From: Phycisphaerales bacterium
GTDB lineage: Bacteria; Planctomycetota; Phycisphaerae; Phycisphaerales; UBA1924
Length of the DNA stretch: 64,000 nucleotides
NCBI GenBank assembly: GCA_965227775.1
Contig: OZ245777.1
Location: 544,001 to 608,000 of the forward strand
Direction of reading: 5' to 3'
Position numbers and translations under genes: made by a program. The notes below the pieces were generated by a model. The model made no database searches, was not told the origin of the DNA, and saw only the letters and a list, made by a program, of their open reading frames with translations. The stretch's first letter is position 1; every line of letters begins with the position of its first letter. This document shows positions 37,826 through 47,837 of this stretch, piece after piece.

Positions 37826-38017
37826 GCCGGGGGAACCCTCGGCTGACGCTCGACCGACTCGGCTCGAACATCACCCTGATCCCTCGCGGGGATCCACGAA
37901 TGTTGCTCCCCGCGTTCACGGCCGCCGATGCATCGGTGGCGACAAGCAGGCCAGAAGACGCAACGCCGCAAGTCCGGCGGTTGCGTCATAGGGCGATAGT
38001 TCGAGGTTCTCCGTGGC
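37826..38017 (+). ncRNA. ~190-nt structured RNA, 6S-like, upstream of rny
   Basis: 5' GCCGGGGGAACCCTCGGCTGACGCTC pairs with 3' GGGCGATAGTTCGAGGTTCTCCGTGGC; internal hairpins at 37878-37894, 37921-37940 and 37957-37987. Confidence 0.55.
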
Positions 38018-38060
38018 GGTTCGGGCGTGCGATGCACGCGTGACCCGTTGAGCCGCCTCG

Positions 38061-39623
38061 ATGCCCGAACTCGTTCCCATCTTGATCGGACTCGGAGGCG
38101 TCGTGCTCGGCGTGCTGCTGGGCGCGTTCGCGCATGGGCGGCTGATTGCCCGCACGCTAACGCAGGCGCGCGACGAGGCGAGTTCGATCATCGAGCGCGC
38201 GCAGACCGAGGCCGAGGCGATCCTGAGCAAGGCTGAGGCCGACGCCGAGAAGCGAGTTCACCAGCGGCTTCGCGAGGTCGACGAGGAACTCGACACCGAG
38301 CGGAAGCGGCTGCGGCAGGAAGACAAGGACCTCTCCAAGCGCGAGTCCTCGCTGGACAAGGCCGAGTCTCGCCTTGCGGAACGCGAAAAGCAAGCCGACA
38401 AGCGCGACCGGGAGTTGCACGATCGCGACTCTAAGCTGGAAGAGCGGGCGAGCGAGTTGGAAACGCTGATCGAGCGTCAGACCCGCGCCCTGGCCGAAGT
38501 CGCGGGCATGACACCGGAGGAGGCCCGCGAGGCGTACATCGATCGTGTCTCGGAGGATTCTCGGCACGAGGCGGCGGCGGTCGCCCGCAAGATCACCGAA
38601 GAGGCCGAGAGCCAGGCCCGCGAACGGTCAACGGAGATCTTGCTGCAGGCGGCCCAGCGATACGCGGGCGAGTTCGCTACCGAGCACCTGGTGCGGTCGG
38701 TTGCCATCCCCAACGACCAGATGAAGGGGCGGATCATCGGCCGCGAGGGCCGGAACATCCGTGCCATCGAGAAGATGACCGGCGTGGACATCATCGTGGA
38801 CGACACGCCCGGTGTGATCACCGTTTCGTGCTTCGACAAGGTGCGTCAGGCGATCGCTGTGGAGGCGCTCGAACGGCTGATATCCGACGGTCGAATGCAC
38901 CCGACGCGCATCGAGGAGACCGTCGAGAAGGTCCGGGCCGAATTCGACGAGCGTATCCGCAAGCACGGCAAGGACGCGCAAATGGAGGTCAAGATCGGCG
39001 GGCTGCACGCCAAGGTCATCGAGGCCATGGGCAAGCTGCACTACCGAACGAGCTACGGGCAGAACGTGCTTGCCCATTCCATCGAGGTGGCGACCTTCAG
39101 CCAGATCATCGCCGACCAGCTCGGTCTCAACGGCAAGCTCGCGCGGCGGTGCGGCTTCCTGCACGACATCGGCAAGGCGATGGACCACGAGATGGAGGGC
39201 GGGCACCCAAAGATCGGTATGGACTTCGCCAAGCGGTACGGCGAGAAGGAGCCCGTACTGAATGCCATCGGCGGGCACCACGGGGATATTCCATCGACGA
39301 GCTTCTACACGCCCATCGTGATGGCAGCCGATGCCCTGAGCGGTGCTCGCCCTGGCGCGCGGCGTGAATCGATGGAGCTCTACATCCAGCGATTGAACGA
39401 CTTGCAGGACATCGCGCTCTCGCACAAGGGCGTGACCGAGGCGTACGCCGTGCAAGCAGGCCGCGAGGTTCGTGTAATGGTCGACGCCAAGAGCGTGAGT
39501 GATGACGAGGCGCACTACGTCGCCACGCAGATCGCCAAGCGAGTGGCCGATGAGATGACGTTCCCCGGTGAGATCCGGGTGACGGTGCTGCGTGAGACCC
39601 GCGCAGTGGAGATTGCGCGATAG
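38061..39623 (+). CDS. rny: Ribonuclease Y
   Basis: N-terminal TM plus coiled coil; KH MKGRIIGREGRNIRAIE; HD RTSYGQNVLAHS...LHDIGKA; ARPGARRE; AGREVRV. Confidence 0.97.
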   Translation: MPELVPILIGLGGVVLGVLLGAFAHGRLIARTLTQARDEASSIIERAQTEAEAILSKAEADAEKRVHQRLREVDEELDTERKRLRQEDKDLSKRESSLDKAESRLAEREKQADKRDRELHDRDSKLEERASELETLIERQTRALAEVAGMTPEEAREAYIDRVSEDSRHEAAAVARKITEEAESQARERSTEILLQAAQRYAGEFATEHLVRSVAIPNDQMKGRIIGREGRNIRAIEKMTGVDIIVDDTPGVITVSCFDKVRQAIAVEALERLISDGRMHPTRIEETVEKVRAEFDERIRKHGKDAQMEVKIGGLHAKVIEAMGKLHYRTSYGQNVLAHSIEVATFSQIIADQLGLNGKLARRCGFLHDIGKAMDHEMEGGHPKIGMDFAKRYGEKEPVLNAIGGHHGDIPSTSFYTPIVMAADALSGARPGARRESMELYIQRLNDLQDIALSHKGVTEAYAVQAGREVRVMVDAKSVSDDEAHYVATQIAKRVADEMTFPGEIRVTVLRETRAVEIAR

Positions 39624-39636
39624 GGGAGGGCGTCTG

Positions 39637-40545
39637 GTGCAATGGTGGTTGGCCGCACTGCTGTTTCTTGCACTTGCATGCCACGCCGCACCCGCCCAGC
39701 ACGACGTTGCGACACTCGTGGATCAGCTTCGCCATGACGAGCAGGACATGAACGCCGTCCGCGCAGTGAAAGCGCTCGGGTCGCTCGAGTCGCCGCCTCT
39801 CAGAGAACTCCACGCTGCGCTCGACTCATCGGATTGGCAGCAACGCCAGCTCGCGGCGGGTCTTCTGTGGGACTTTCTGCACCCGAGATCGTGGCATTGG
39901 AGCGAGTTGCCAGAATGGCGCAGAGAACCCCAGGGCGACGTGACGACGCGCCTCATCGAAGTGACGATCGAGGGCTTTCGAGATGACAACCTGCCGTTGG
40001 ACCGACGGCGGTCGCGCTACATGTTCGCGTTCAACGCGGCCGAAGGATTCCGGCATCTTCGTCATCACGCCAAGCAAGCCGAGACGCAGCTCGTTGCTGG
40101 GCTATCAAGCGATGACTACCAGCAGCGGTTCTTGTGCGCACTCGTGCTCGGGTTCGGGGGTGTATCGAGCCAGGCCGAGCCGGTTGCTCGCATCCTGCTG
40201 CCGCACCTGCGCGACAACGACATTCCTGAAGATGCCAAGTGGTGCACGGCGGCATTGCTTCGGCTGGGTGAGCGCGTAATGCCGCTGCTGGAGTCTGCCC
40301 TGCCGAACGCTGATCAGCAGCAGGGCGATCTCATCGAGTTGCTGCTGCTCGATCTGAAGCAACCACCACGCACCGATGAAGAGTTGGTATCGCGCAAGAA
40401 GTACAACAGCGTCGCTGGTTCGGTGTTTGATTCGGCGATCCAGGGCCCGATCGATCCGAACATGGGGTGGCTGCACAAGTTGCGCGATCCGACCCTCGAT
40501 CGGCAAGCCTCGCCCGTCGCCCCGTCGGAAGGAGATCAACCCTGA
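39637..40545 (+). CDS. Hypothetical secreted HEAT/ARM-like helical protein
   Basis: GGGGAGG before GTG; signal peptide; repeated LxSxD(W/Y)QQR units. Confidence 0.6.
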   Translation: MQWWLAALLFLALACHAAPAQHDVATLVDQLRHDEQDMNAVRAVKALGSLESPPLRELHAALDSSDWQQRQLAAGLLWDFLHPRSWHWSELPEWRREPQGDVTTRLIEVTIEGFRDDNLPLDRRRSRYMFAFNAAEGFRHLRHHAKQAETQLVAGLSSDDYQQRFLCALVLGFGGVSSQAEPVARILLPHLRDNDIPEDAKWCTAALLRLGERVMPLLESALPNADQQQGDLIELLLLDLKQPPRTDEELVSRKKYNSVAGSVFDSAIQGPIDPNMGWLHKLRDPTLDRQASPVAPSEGDQP

Positions 40546-41063
40546 CTACCAAACCCATCGAGCTTTCGGATCTGAAGGCCGACACGATTGCGGTCCTTTT
40601 GGCGCACTGTCGATCGGCCGATAGCGACCTCCTGGTTGTCATGCGCGATCTCACGCCCGAGCAACTCGATCGCTCGTTCGAGATGGGCCCCGGGTCGATC
40701 CGCGCTACCCTCGAGCACAACCTCGGGGCGTTGCGAGGGTGGGCCGATGTGTACGCGAATCGAACTCGACGTCCATGGCTGCCGGACGAGGGGCCGTACA
40801 CGATTGCGCAGCTCGAGGCGATCACGACCGAGCTACACGACGACTGGGCCGAGATCGCCGACAAGTTCCCGCTCGGCGAGGTCATCGAGCGGCCGCGTGG
40901 CGACTCGGTGCGGCGGTTCACACGGGCTCACATCCTGGTGCACGTCACCACCCACAGCATGCACCACCGAGCCCAGATCATCAACATGATGCGGCATGTG
41001 GGTGTAGAGACGTTGCCAACCGGCAGCGTCATGAGCTGGGTCGACACCGAGATCTTCCCGTAG
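40542..41063 (+). CDS. DinB family protein (probable CTG start)
   Basis: GPGSIRATLEH and HVTTHSMHHRAQIINMMR motifs; AAGGAG upstream of CTG 40542. Confidence 0.85.
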   Translation: MTTKPIELSDLKADTIAVLLAHCRSADSDLLVVMRDLTPEQLDRSFEMGPGSIRATLEHNLGALRGWADVYANRTRRPWLPDEGPYTIAQLEAITTELHDDWAEIADKFPLGEVIERPRGDSVRRFTRAHILVHVTTHSMHHRAQIINMMRHVGVETLPTGSVMSWVDTEIFP

Positions 41064-41097
41064 TCCGGCCCCGGCGGCGCGGCCACCTACCATCCAA

Positions 41098-41180
41098 CTC
41101 GCTCGGGGCGTCCGCACGTGTTTGTGCGGGCTGAGAGGTACCCGCACCACCTGATCCGGATCATGCCGGCGGAGGGAACG
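41098..41180 (+). promoter_or_regulatory. TPP riboswitch
   Basis: CTCGGGGCG...GCTGAGAG.TACCCG..ACCTGATCCGGATCATGCCGGCGGAGGGA consensus immediately 5' of thiC. Confidence 0.92.
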
Positions 41181-41184
41181 CGTT

Positions 41185-43098
41185 ATGACGACCATCGATA
41201 CCAACGAATCTCACGTGCGAAGCTTGGCGGCTAATCCGCAGGCGGACACCCCCACCGCTCGCTTTGCGGTGCCGACGCGCGGGGCGGGCAACCCCGGGGA
41301 CGACGGCGTGACCACGCCCGGCAGCTTCGCAAACAAGGCCGAGGTTGGCAAGCCGCTGACATTCAGCTCGCCCGACACGCCCAACATGCCGCAGACGAGT
41401 CCGTTCACGGCGTGGGATTTCCTGCCCGAGGGATGGACGATCGAGGCGGCGAGCGATCACGCGAGTGGCTGCTCGGGGCACAACCAGGATGCAATCGGCA
41501 CGTTCATTCGTTGCGTTGCGCCCGACGGCTTCGAACCGATCACCCAGCTCGAGAGCGCGCGGCTCGGTGTCGTTACCGAGCAGATGCGGCGCGTCGCCGA
41601 GCGAGAGGGGCACCTGACGGCAGAGCAGGTGCGCGACGAGGTGGCCGCGGGTCGCATGGTGATCCCCGCGAACGTGACGCACCTGAAGTACAAGCTCGAC
41701 CCGATGGCCATCGGCCGTGCGAGCAAGACCAAGGTAAACGCGAACATGGGCGCGTCGCCGGTCAGCAGCGGGACGGACGAGGAGGTCGAGAAGCTCAAGT
41801 GGGCCGAGAAGTGGGGCGCTGATACGGTCATGGACCTGTCCACCGGTGGCGACCTGGATGAGTGCCGCGAGGCGATCCTGCGTAACAGCACCGTGCCGAT
41901 TGGTACCGTGCCGATCTACAGCATGATCATCGGGCGCAAGCTGACCGACCTGGACGAGCAGATCGTGCTCGACACGCTCGAGCACCAAGCCAAGCAGGGC
42001 GTGGATTACTTCACCATCCACGCGGGTGTTCGGAAGAAGGACCTGAAGTACGTCAAGAACCGGCTCATCGGCATCGTGTCTCGCGGTGGCAGCCTGCTTG
42101 CGAAGTGGATGCTCGAGAAGAACCGCGACAACCTGATGTACACGATGTGGGACGACATCTGCGAGTTGATGCGTCGCCACGACGTGACGTTCTCTATCGG
42201 CGATGGCATGCGGCCTGGCGGGTTGGCCGACGCGACCGATGACGCGCAGCTGGCCGAGTTGGAGACCATCGGCGAGTTGACCGAGCGCGCATGGCGGCAC
42301 GGCGTGCAGGTGATGGTCGAGGGGCCCGGGCACGTGCCGCTGGACCAGATCGAGTACAACATGAAGCTGCAGCGTCGGCTGTGCCACGGCGCACCCTTCT
42401 ACGTGCTCGGGCCGCTGGTGACCGACGTGTTCCCCGGCTACGACCACATTACCAGTTGCATCGGCGCGACGAACGCGGCGTATCACGGCGCGAGCATGCT
42501 GTGCTACGTGACGCCCAAGGAACACCTGGGCCTGCCGAAGAAGGGCGACGTGAAGGAGGGCTGCGTGGCGTACAAGATCGCCGCGCACGCGGCCGATGTG
42601 GCGCTTGGCATTCCCAAGACGCGTGTGTGGGACGATGAGCTGACCCGGGCGCGCGCGGCGCTCAACTGGGAGAAGCACTTCGAGCTGGCCTTCGACACCG
42701 ACACCGCCCGCGCGTATCACGACGAGGACCTGGACGTTGATACCGACTTTTGCGCGATGTGCGGGCACGACTGGTGCAGCGTGCGCATCAGCAAGGAGAT
42801 CCAGGAGTTCGCGAGCGGCAAGGCCGAGGGCTTTGATCGTGGCAAGCCGGTCAAAAGCGCGGCGCTGAGCGAGGAACAGCAGAAGATCCTCGAGCAGCGT
42901 GGCTATCTCAAGCCCGAGGAGATCCACAAGCTGGCCAGCAAGGTCAAGGGCAAGCTACCCGCGACCGACGACGGCAAGGCCGCGTGCCACAGCGATTACG
43001 TGGACGACGAGGACGCGAAGAAGATCCAGGAAGAGACGCTGGTGCAGGTGGATGTGCGGCCGGCGCTGGGGATCGGTAAGGAAGATCTGGTGTACTAG
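41185..43098 (+). CDS. thiC: Phosphomethylpyrimidine synthase
   Basis: KVNANMG, GADTVMDLSTG, GTVPIY, GIVSRGGS, EGPGHVP, YVTPKEHLGLP and CAMCGHDWC motifs. Confidence 0.97.
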   Translation: MTTIDTNESHVRSLAANPQADTPTARFAVPTRGAGNPGDDGVTTPGSFANKAEVGKPLTFSSPDTPNMPQTSPFTAWDFLPEGWTIEAASDHASGCSGHNQDAIGTFIRCVAPDGFEPITQLESARLGVVTEQMRRVAEREGHLTAEQVRDEVAAGRMVIPANVTHLKYKLDPMAIGRASKTKVNANMGASPVSSGTDEEVEKLKWAEKWGADTVMDLSTGGDLDECREAILRNSTVPIGTVPIYSMIIGRKLTDLDEQIVLDTLEHQAKQGVDYFTIHAGVRKKDLKYVKNRLIGIVSRGGSLLAKWMLEKNRDNLMYTMWDDICELMRRHDVTFSIGDGMRPGGLADATDDAQLAELETIGELTERAWRHGVQVMVEGPGHVPLDQIEYNMKLQRRLCHGAPFYVLGPLVTDVFPGYDHITSCIGATNAAYHGASMLCYVTPKEHLGLPKKGDVKEGCVAYKIAAHAADVALGIPKTRVWDDELTRARAALNWEKHFELAFDTDTARAYHDEDLDVDTDFCAMCGHDWCSVRISKEIQEFASGKAEGFDRGKPVKSAALSEEQQKILEQRGYLKPEEIHKLASKVKGKLPATDDGKAACHSDYVDDEDAKKIQEETLVQVDVRPALGIGKEDLVY

Positions 43099-44597
43099 TA
43101 GGGCGTGATTGAACGCAAGCCCGCTGCTTCACAACGCACGGCCATGGTTTGGGCGTGGATGTAGGAAGAGATGAACACCGCCGAGCCTCTCGGCGGTGTT
43201 TCAATACCCACCACCGGCCACCCCCACAGCGTCTTGCCGTGGTTCTTGGGATCGTCGTCGATGACGCATGTGACGTTGGCGCTCGCGAGCACCTCGGCGA
43301 TGGCCATGGTGTGGCGGCCGGCACCGTAGATGGCGATGGGTCCTTCGATGTTGGCGAGGGCCTTCGCAGCCCGCTCGGGGGCGTCGGGGGGGACGCTTCC
43401 GCCGGTTGGTTGCGAATGGGCGGACGTGAGCGTGCAGGGTCGATCGAGCGGCCACCAGCAGGGCTCGGCTGCAAGAGTGCTCGCGAACAGCTGCTCGCAA
43501 GCCGCGCCGTGGACTTCAAGGCTGTATCGCTGGGTTGCGCGTTCGTGGGCCGCGGCGCGCATGGCGTCGAGCGTGGTGCGGTCGGACGCGAGCGAGGCGA
43601 TGGCGCTCACGATGCGTCGGGCGATGGCGTGCTCGTCTTCGTGGTAGCCGGCCTCGATCAGCAGCCCGGAGACGCCGTGCTCGATGGCTTCGGTGGCGCC
43701 AGACTCGACACGGGTGACGATCGGCGCAACACCGTTGGCCATCGCCTCGAGCATGGCGACATTGAGCCCCTCGTAGCGCGAGGTCAGGAGCAGCGCGTCG
43801 GCGGCGGCAATCTTCGGGCGCAGCTCGCTCCGGGGCACGCCATCGATCCGGCGCGCGTTGGGAAGGCTTTCGAGGCGCTGATCGACCTCGGCCGCAGCGG
43901 GACCATCGCCCACGAGCGTGAGCCGGTGTGGCACGCCGTCATCGTGTAGGAGTTGGGCGACCTCGCAAAGCACCCCCACCCGGCGTGCCTCGTGCTCCAT
44001 GCGGCCGGGATAGATGAGCTCGATGGGTCGCTGCCTGCGTGGCTCGGGGGGTTCGCCGAGCTCAACGCCATACGGGATCCGGTGAACATCGGTCGATCTC
44101 CACGGCAGGCGCTGGCGCAGCTTGTTGGTAATGTGCTCGCTCACGCAGGCGACGGCCGACAGCATGGGCTCGTAGTTCTGGAGCATTGAGGCGTCGAACG
44201 GGTTGTCGCTGTGCTGCCAGCCGATGACGCGGATGCGGTCGGCGTGGGTCGACGCGAGGGCGGCCGCGGCGGCATAGCAGTTGGCCTCGAGGCTGGGCAG
44301 CACGATGGCTGGCTGAGCCGCTGACCAGCCGAGCGACTCGAGGGCGGTGCGATACGCCTCAACGACAGTGGCGAGCGGCTCGCCCGGCGCGTCGATGGGT
44401 GGCAGGTGGCGCAGGTCGGCGAGCTCGACGCCTGCCCTGAGGTCGTGATCGACACGGGCGTGACGCTCTGGCTCTCGGTGCGCCGCGACGACGACGCGCC
44501 AGCCTCGATCGGCCATCGCACTGGCCAGCCGCAGGCCCCAGCTGACGACGCCGTTGACGCCCAGGCCCTGGGGCATGGCGATGAGCAGCGCTGGCAT
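43095..44597 (-). CDS. GT4 glycosyltransferase with C-terminal Rossmann-like domain
   Basis: LTSRYEGLNVAMLEAMANG motif; C-terminal IAIYGAGRHT...IDDDP...GWPVVG. Confidence 0.85.
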   Translation of the reverse strand: MPALLIAMPQGLGVNGVVSWGLRLASAMADRGWRVVVAAHREPERHARVDHDLRAGVELADLRHLPPIDAPGEPLATVVEAYRTALESLGWSAAQPAIVLPSLEANCYAAAAALASTHADRIRVIGWQHSDNPFDASMLQNYEPMLSAVACVSEHITNKLRQRLPWRSTDVHRIPYGVELGEPPEPRRQRPIELIYPGRMEHEARRVGVLCEVAQLLHDDGVPHRLTLVGDGPAAAEVDQRLESLPNARRIDGVPRSELRPKIAAADALLLTSRYEGLNVAMLEAMANGVAPIVTRVESGATEAIEHGVSGLLIEAGYHEDEHAIARRIVSAIASLASDRTTLDAMRAAAHERATQRYSLEVHGAACEQLFASTLAAEPCWWPLDRPCTLTSAHSQPTGGSVPPDAPERAAKALANIEGPIAIYGAGRHTMAIAEVLASANVTCVIDDDPKNHGKTLWGWPVVGIETPPRGSAVFISSYIHAQTMAVRCEAAGLRSITPY

Positions 44598-44688
44598 GTC
44601 GGCGTTGGCGGGCACACCCCACCATCGGTTACTTCGGGGCTCCCAGCGCACTCGCGCGAATCGTCGGACGCGCGCCAACGATTGTCCG

Positions 44689-45585
44689 ATGCCATCGCGT
44701 TATGACCTCATCGCCATCGACCTGGACGGCACGCTCGTCGGCCGCACGGGCGCGATCTCGCAGGAGAACCTGGAGGCGGTTCGGCGCGCGCGGCAGGCGG
44801 GTGTTGGGGTCACCATCTGCACGGGCCGCGTGCTGAGCGAATGCCACGCCGTGCTCGACATGCTCGAGCAGCTCGACCCGGTGGTGGTTTCGGGCGGGGC
44901 GCAGATTGCGTGCGGCCGCGAGCGGCGGACGCTGGACGGGTTGTCGCTCGAGAGCTCGCTGATTGACCGGGTAACCGAGCTTGCCAGCGGGCTCGACCTG
45001 GCGATGATGATCCAGAAGGAACGCAACGACGCGGGGTATGACTATGTGATCCTGCCGGCCGGCGGCGACCCAGACGCCGAGCTGCACCCGGTGCTCAAGC
45101 TCTGGAAGGTCGACAAGAACAAGAACGAGGCGATGGGCGTCTCGTATCGCATCGGTCGTGAGGGGCCGATGCACCACATCCCGAGCGTGCGGGCCGTGGC
45201 GTCGGGGTCGGCCTCGGAGATCGCCAAGCTGAGCGAAGCACTGGCGAACGAGCTCGCGGGGCTCGCGATGTTCCACGCCTTCCCGCTGAGCACGCACGTG
45301 CCCGAGAACGCCGAGCCACCGCATGTTCTCGAGGTCTTCCCGCACAGCGCTGACAAGTGGAGCGCGCTGCAGAAGCTGGCCGATCGCGTCGGTGTCTCGC
45401 ACGATCGCATCGCGGCCATCGGCGATCAGGCCAACGACCTGCACATGCTCGAGGGTGCGGCCCTGGGCGTTGCGATGGGCGAAGCGCCCGAATTCGTGAA
45501 GGCCAAGGCCGACCGCATCGCCGAGCCGTGCGCTGAGCACGGGGTTGCACTGACGATCGACCGCATTCTCAGCGGCGAGTGGTAG
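44689..45585 (+). CDS. Cof-type HAD hydrolase
   Basis: IAIDLDGTL, TICTGR, DKWSAL and AIGDQANDLHML motifs. Confidence 0.9.
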   Translation: MPSRYDLIAIDLDGTLVGRTGAISQENLEAVRRARQAGVGVTICTGRVLSECHAVLDMLEQLDPVVVSGGAQIACGRERRTLDGLSLESSLIDRVTELASGLDLAMMIQKERNDAGYDYVILPAGGDPDAELHPVLKLWKVDKNKNEAMGVSYRIGREGPMHHIPSVRAVASGSASEIAKLSEALANELAGLAMFHAFPLSTHVPENAEPPHVLEVFPHSADKWSALQKLADRVGVSHDRIAAIGDQANDLHMLEGAALGVAMGEAPEFVKAKADRIAEPCAEHGVALTIDRILSGEW

Positions 45586-45589
45586 CGCG

Positions 45590-46441
45590 ATGCAGACGCT
45601 TGCGGAGATCAAGGAGTTGCTCGAGGCCCGCGGGCTGCGCCCGAAGCGATCGCTGGGTCAGAACTTCCTGGCCGACCAGAACCTGATCTTGAAGCTGGTC
45701 GCCGCGTGCGAGGTCGGGCCGGATGATCACGTGCTGGAGGTGGGTCCTGGTACGGGCACGCTTACCGAGGCCCTGCTCGAGACGGGCGCGCAGGTGTTGT
45801 CGTGCGAACTGGATGACGCCCTGGCGGACCTCTTGCGTGAGCGGCTGGGCGATCGCATGAACTTCACCCTGGCGCACGGGGACTGCCTCTACAACCGAAT
45901 CCTGAGTCTCAAGATTGCCAATCTGCTTGGCGACGAGCCGTTTAAGCTCGCTGCGAACCTGCCCTACGGCTGCGCGAGTCCCTTGCTGTCAGACCTGCTG
46001 CTCAACTGGCCGAAGTGCTCGTTGATTGTGGTCACGGTGCAGAAGGAACTTGCCGACCGGTTGCTCGCCAAGCCACGAACACGCGAGTATGGGCCCATCT
46101 CGGTTGTCGCCCAAGCGGCATGCACTGGCGATCGGATTGCAAAGATGCCTCCCGAGTGCTTCTGGCCACGCCCGAAGGTCGACAGCGCAATGGTTCGATT
46201 GCAGCGTCGCGAGAAGCCGATCTGCGATTTGCACGCTCTTGCGATTGTGTGCTCGGCCTTGTTCAAGCAACGCCGCAAACGCATCGCGCAGCCCCTCAAA
46301 GACCTTCTTGGCAACAGCGCTCCGCCCGAGGGCGTGTCGCCCGATATGCGGGCCGAGGAAGTTCCGCTCGAAGCGTTCTGCCGGCTGGCGGATCAGGTCG
46401 CGGCCATGCGAGCGGCCAGCGACGCGATGCGTTCGCCGTAG
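45590..46441 (+). CDS. rsmA: 16S rRNA adenine dimethyltransferase
   Basis: KRSLGQNFL, LEVGPGTG, ANLPY and FWPRPKVDS motifs. Confidence 0.95.
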   Translation: MQTLAEIKELLEARGLRPKRSLGQNFLADQNLILKLVAACEVGPDDHVLEVGPGTGTLTEALLETGAQVLSCELDDALADLLRERLGDRMNFTLAHGDCLYNRILSLKIANLLGDEPFKLAANLPYGCASPLLSDLLLNWPKCSLIVVTVQKELADRLLAKPRTREYGPISVVAQAACTGDRIAKMPPECFWPRPKVDSAMVRLQRREKPICDLHALAIVCSALFKQRRKRIAQPLKDLLGNSAPPEGVSPDMRAEEVPLEAFCRLADQVAAMRAASDAMRSP

Positions 46442-46980
46442 AAGCGCGCGGTCTCGAGATCGCCGGAGGGCGGTGACTCCTCGGGCGAGACGTTGTTCGA
46501 CTGCGCGTAGGCACCCAGGAATCCACCCATGCGGTTTGGCTTGTCGTCGGCACGGCCCGCGTCGTCGCCAGGAGGCATCATGCCCAGCGGCACCCAGATC
46601 ATGCTGTGCTGACCGGCGAAGCACATCAGGTCTTGCAGCGTGTTGAGTTTGTCGCCCGCGAGGCTGCCGCTGTTGCTGAAGCCGCCGGCCAGCTTGTCCT
46701 TCCAGGCTTGCTGGAACCACATGCCGCTGCTGTTCTCCATGAAGACCTTGAGGCCGGCCGTCACAGAGCCCATGTACGTTGGGCAGCCGAAGACGATGGC
46801 GTCGGCTTTCTCCAGCACGTCCCACGGAGGAGCGTACTGGTTGTTCTGGGGCGCGGGGAAGTCTTCGGCGGCGTGCAAAGCAACCTCTGCCCCGGCGTCT
46901 TTGGCACCCTGGGCGACCGCTTCGGCCTGCTTCTTCGTGTGTCCAAAACCACTGTGGTAGACGACAGCGACGAGCGTCAT
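46393..46980 (-). CDS. Flavodoxin/WrbA-like flavoprotein
   Basis: VYHSGFGHT, FGCPTYMG, WKDKLAGGFSNSG and GDLETA motifs. Confidence 0.9.
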   Translation of the reverse strand: MTLVAVVYHSGFGHTKKQAEAVAQGAKDAGAEVALHAAEDFPAPQNNQYAPPWDVLEKADAIVFGCPTYMGSVTAGLKVFMENSSGMWFQQAWKDKLAGGFSNSGSLAGDKLNTLQDLMCFAGQHSMIWVPLGMMPPGDDAGRADDKPNRMGGFLGAYAQSNNVSPEESPPSGDLETARFYGERIASLAARMAAT

Positions 46981-47028
46981 GGGAGTTTCTCCAGCTTGGA
47001 AGGAAGCGCAAACGTAGCCACCCGACCC

Positions 47029-47454
47029 CTAGCGGTTGACCATGAAGAGCGCCGTCTGCGTGAAGAACACGCGGAGCTCACGGTAGAGGTCGGGCTCAAG
47101 ACCCAGTTCATCGAGCGAGGCGAACATGATCTCGAGCCAGCGTTCGGCGGCGGCGTGGTCGATGGCGAAGGGCATGTGCCGCATACGAAGGCGCGGGTGG
47201 CCGCGCTGGTCGCTGTAGGTCGTTGGGCCCCCGAAGCGTTGGATCAGGAAATCCCGCAGGCGGACTCGGGCCTCTTCCATACATGGCGCGAGCAGCGCAT
47301 CGTCGTTCTCGTCGAGGCCGTGCTGCTGCGCAAGGTGCTGGCGGTACATCGGCCCGAGGATGTCGTCTCCCGGAACGGCTTCGTAGAAGCCGCGCGTGAG
47401 GCGATCGAAGCCCTCGGCGCCGATGCGTTGGTACGGAGTTTGTGGCTCGGTCAC
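47029..47454 (-). CDS. Group II truncated hemoglobin
   Basis: YQRIG...FYEAV.DDILGPMY; FGGPTTYSDQRGHPRLRMRHMPF. Confidence 0.9.
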   Translation of the reverse strand: MTEPQTPYQRIGAEGFDRLTRGFYEAVPGDDILGPMYRQHLAQQHGLDENDDALLAPCMEEARVRLRDFLIQRFGGPTTYSDQRGHPRLRMRHMPFAIDHAAAERWLEIMFASLDELGLEPDLYRELRVFFTQTALFMVNR

Positions 47455-47834
47455 CCTGGATCCTTAGCGCTCGACGGGCGGAGCCACAGGCCGCATTCGG
47501 GACACCGATCGCTGGCCAGGTCGGCGAGGTCATAGCCGCAGCAGGGGCAGATGGGCTTCGGTACTGGCACCAGGAAGCGCAAGCCATATCTGCTCAGGAG
47601 CTCAAGCAGTACGGCAACGCCCATCATGGCGATGGATGGCATGAACCAATCAACTCCCAAGAACCGAGGCGCACTCGATCGGTGGGCGTGGAACCAGCTC
47701 TGGTACCTGAATTCAGGAACACGAGCAATGGCTAGGCCGATCGCGGCGACAAGGACGAGCATCGCGAGCACGCGGAGCACTACGCGCACCCTCATGCGTG
47801 TTGCGATGATCTCTCGGGCGGTCGGCACGGGCAT
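47451..47834 (-). CDS. Two-TM protein with C-terminal Zn ribbon
   Basis: CPCCGYDLADLASDRCPECG; paralog of the next gene. Confidence 0.75.
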   Translation of the reverse strand: MPVPTAREIIATRMRVRVVLRVLAMLVLVAAIGLAIARVPEFRYQSWFHAHRSSAPRFLGVDWFMPSIAMMGVAVLLELLSRYGLRFLVPVPKPICPCCGYDLADLASDRCPECGLWLRPSSAKDPG

Positions 47835-47837
47835 GGC

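Noticed and set aside
46393..46441. Convergent 3' overlaps (rsmA/flavodoxin; also 28659-28686) as antisense regulation
   Set aside because: Short tail-to-tail overlaps are common in compact high-GC genomes, and nothing further supports a regulatory role.
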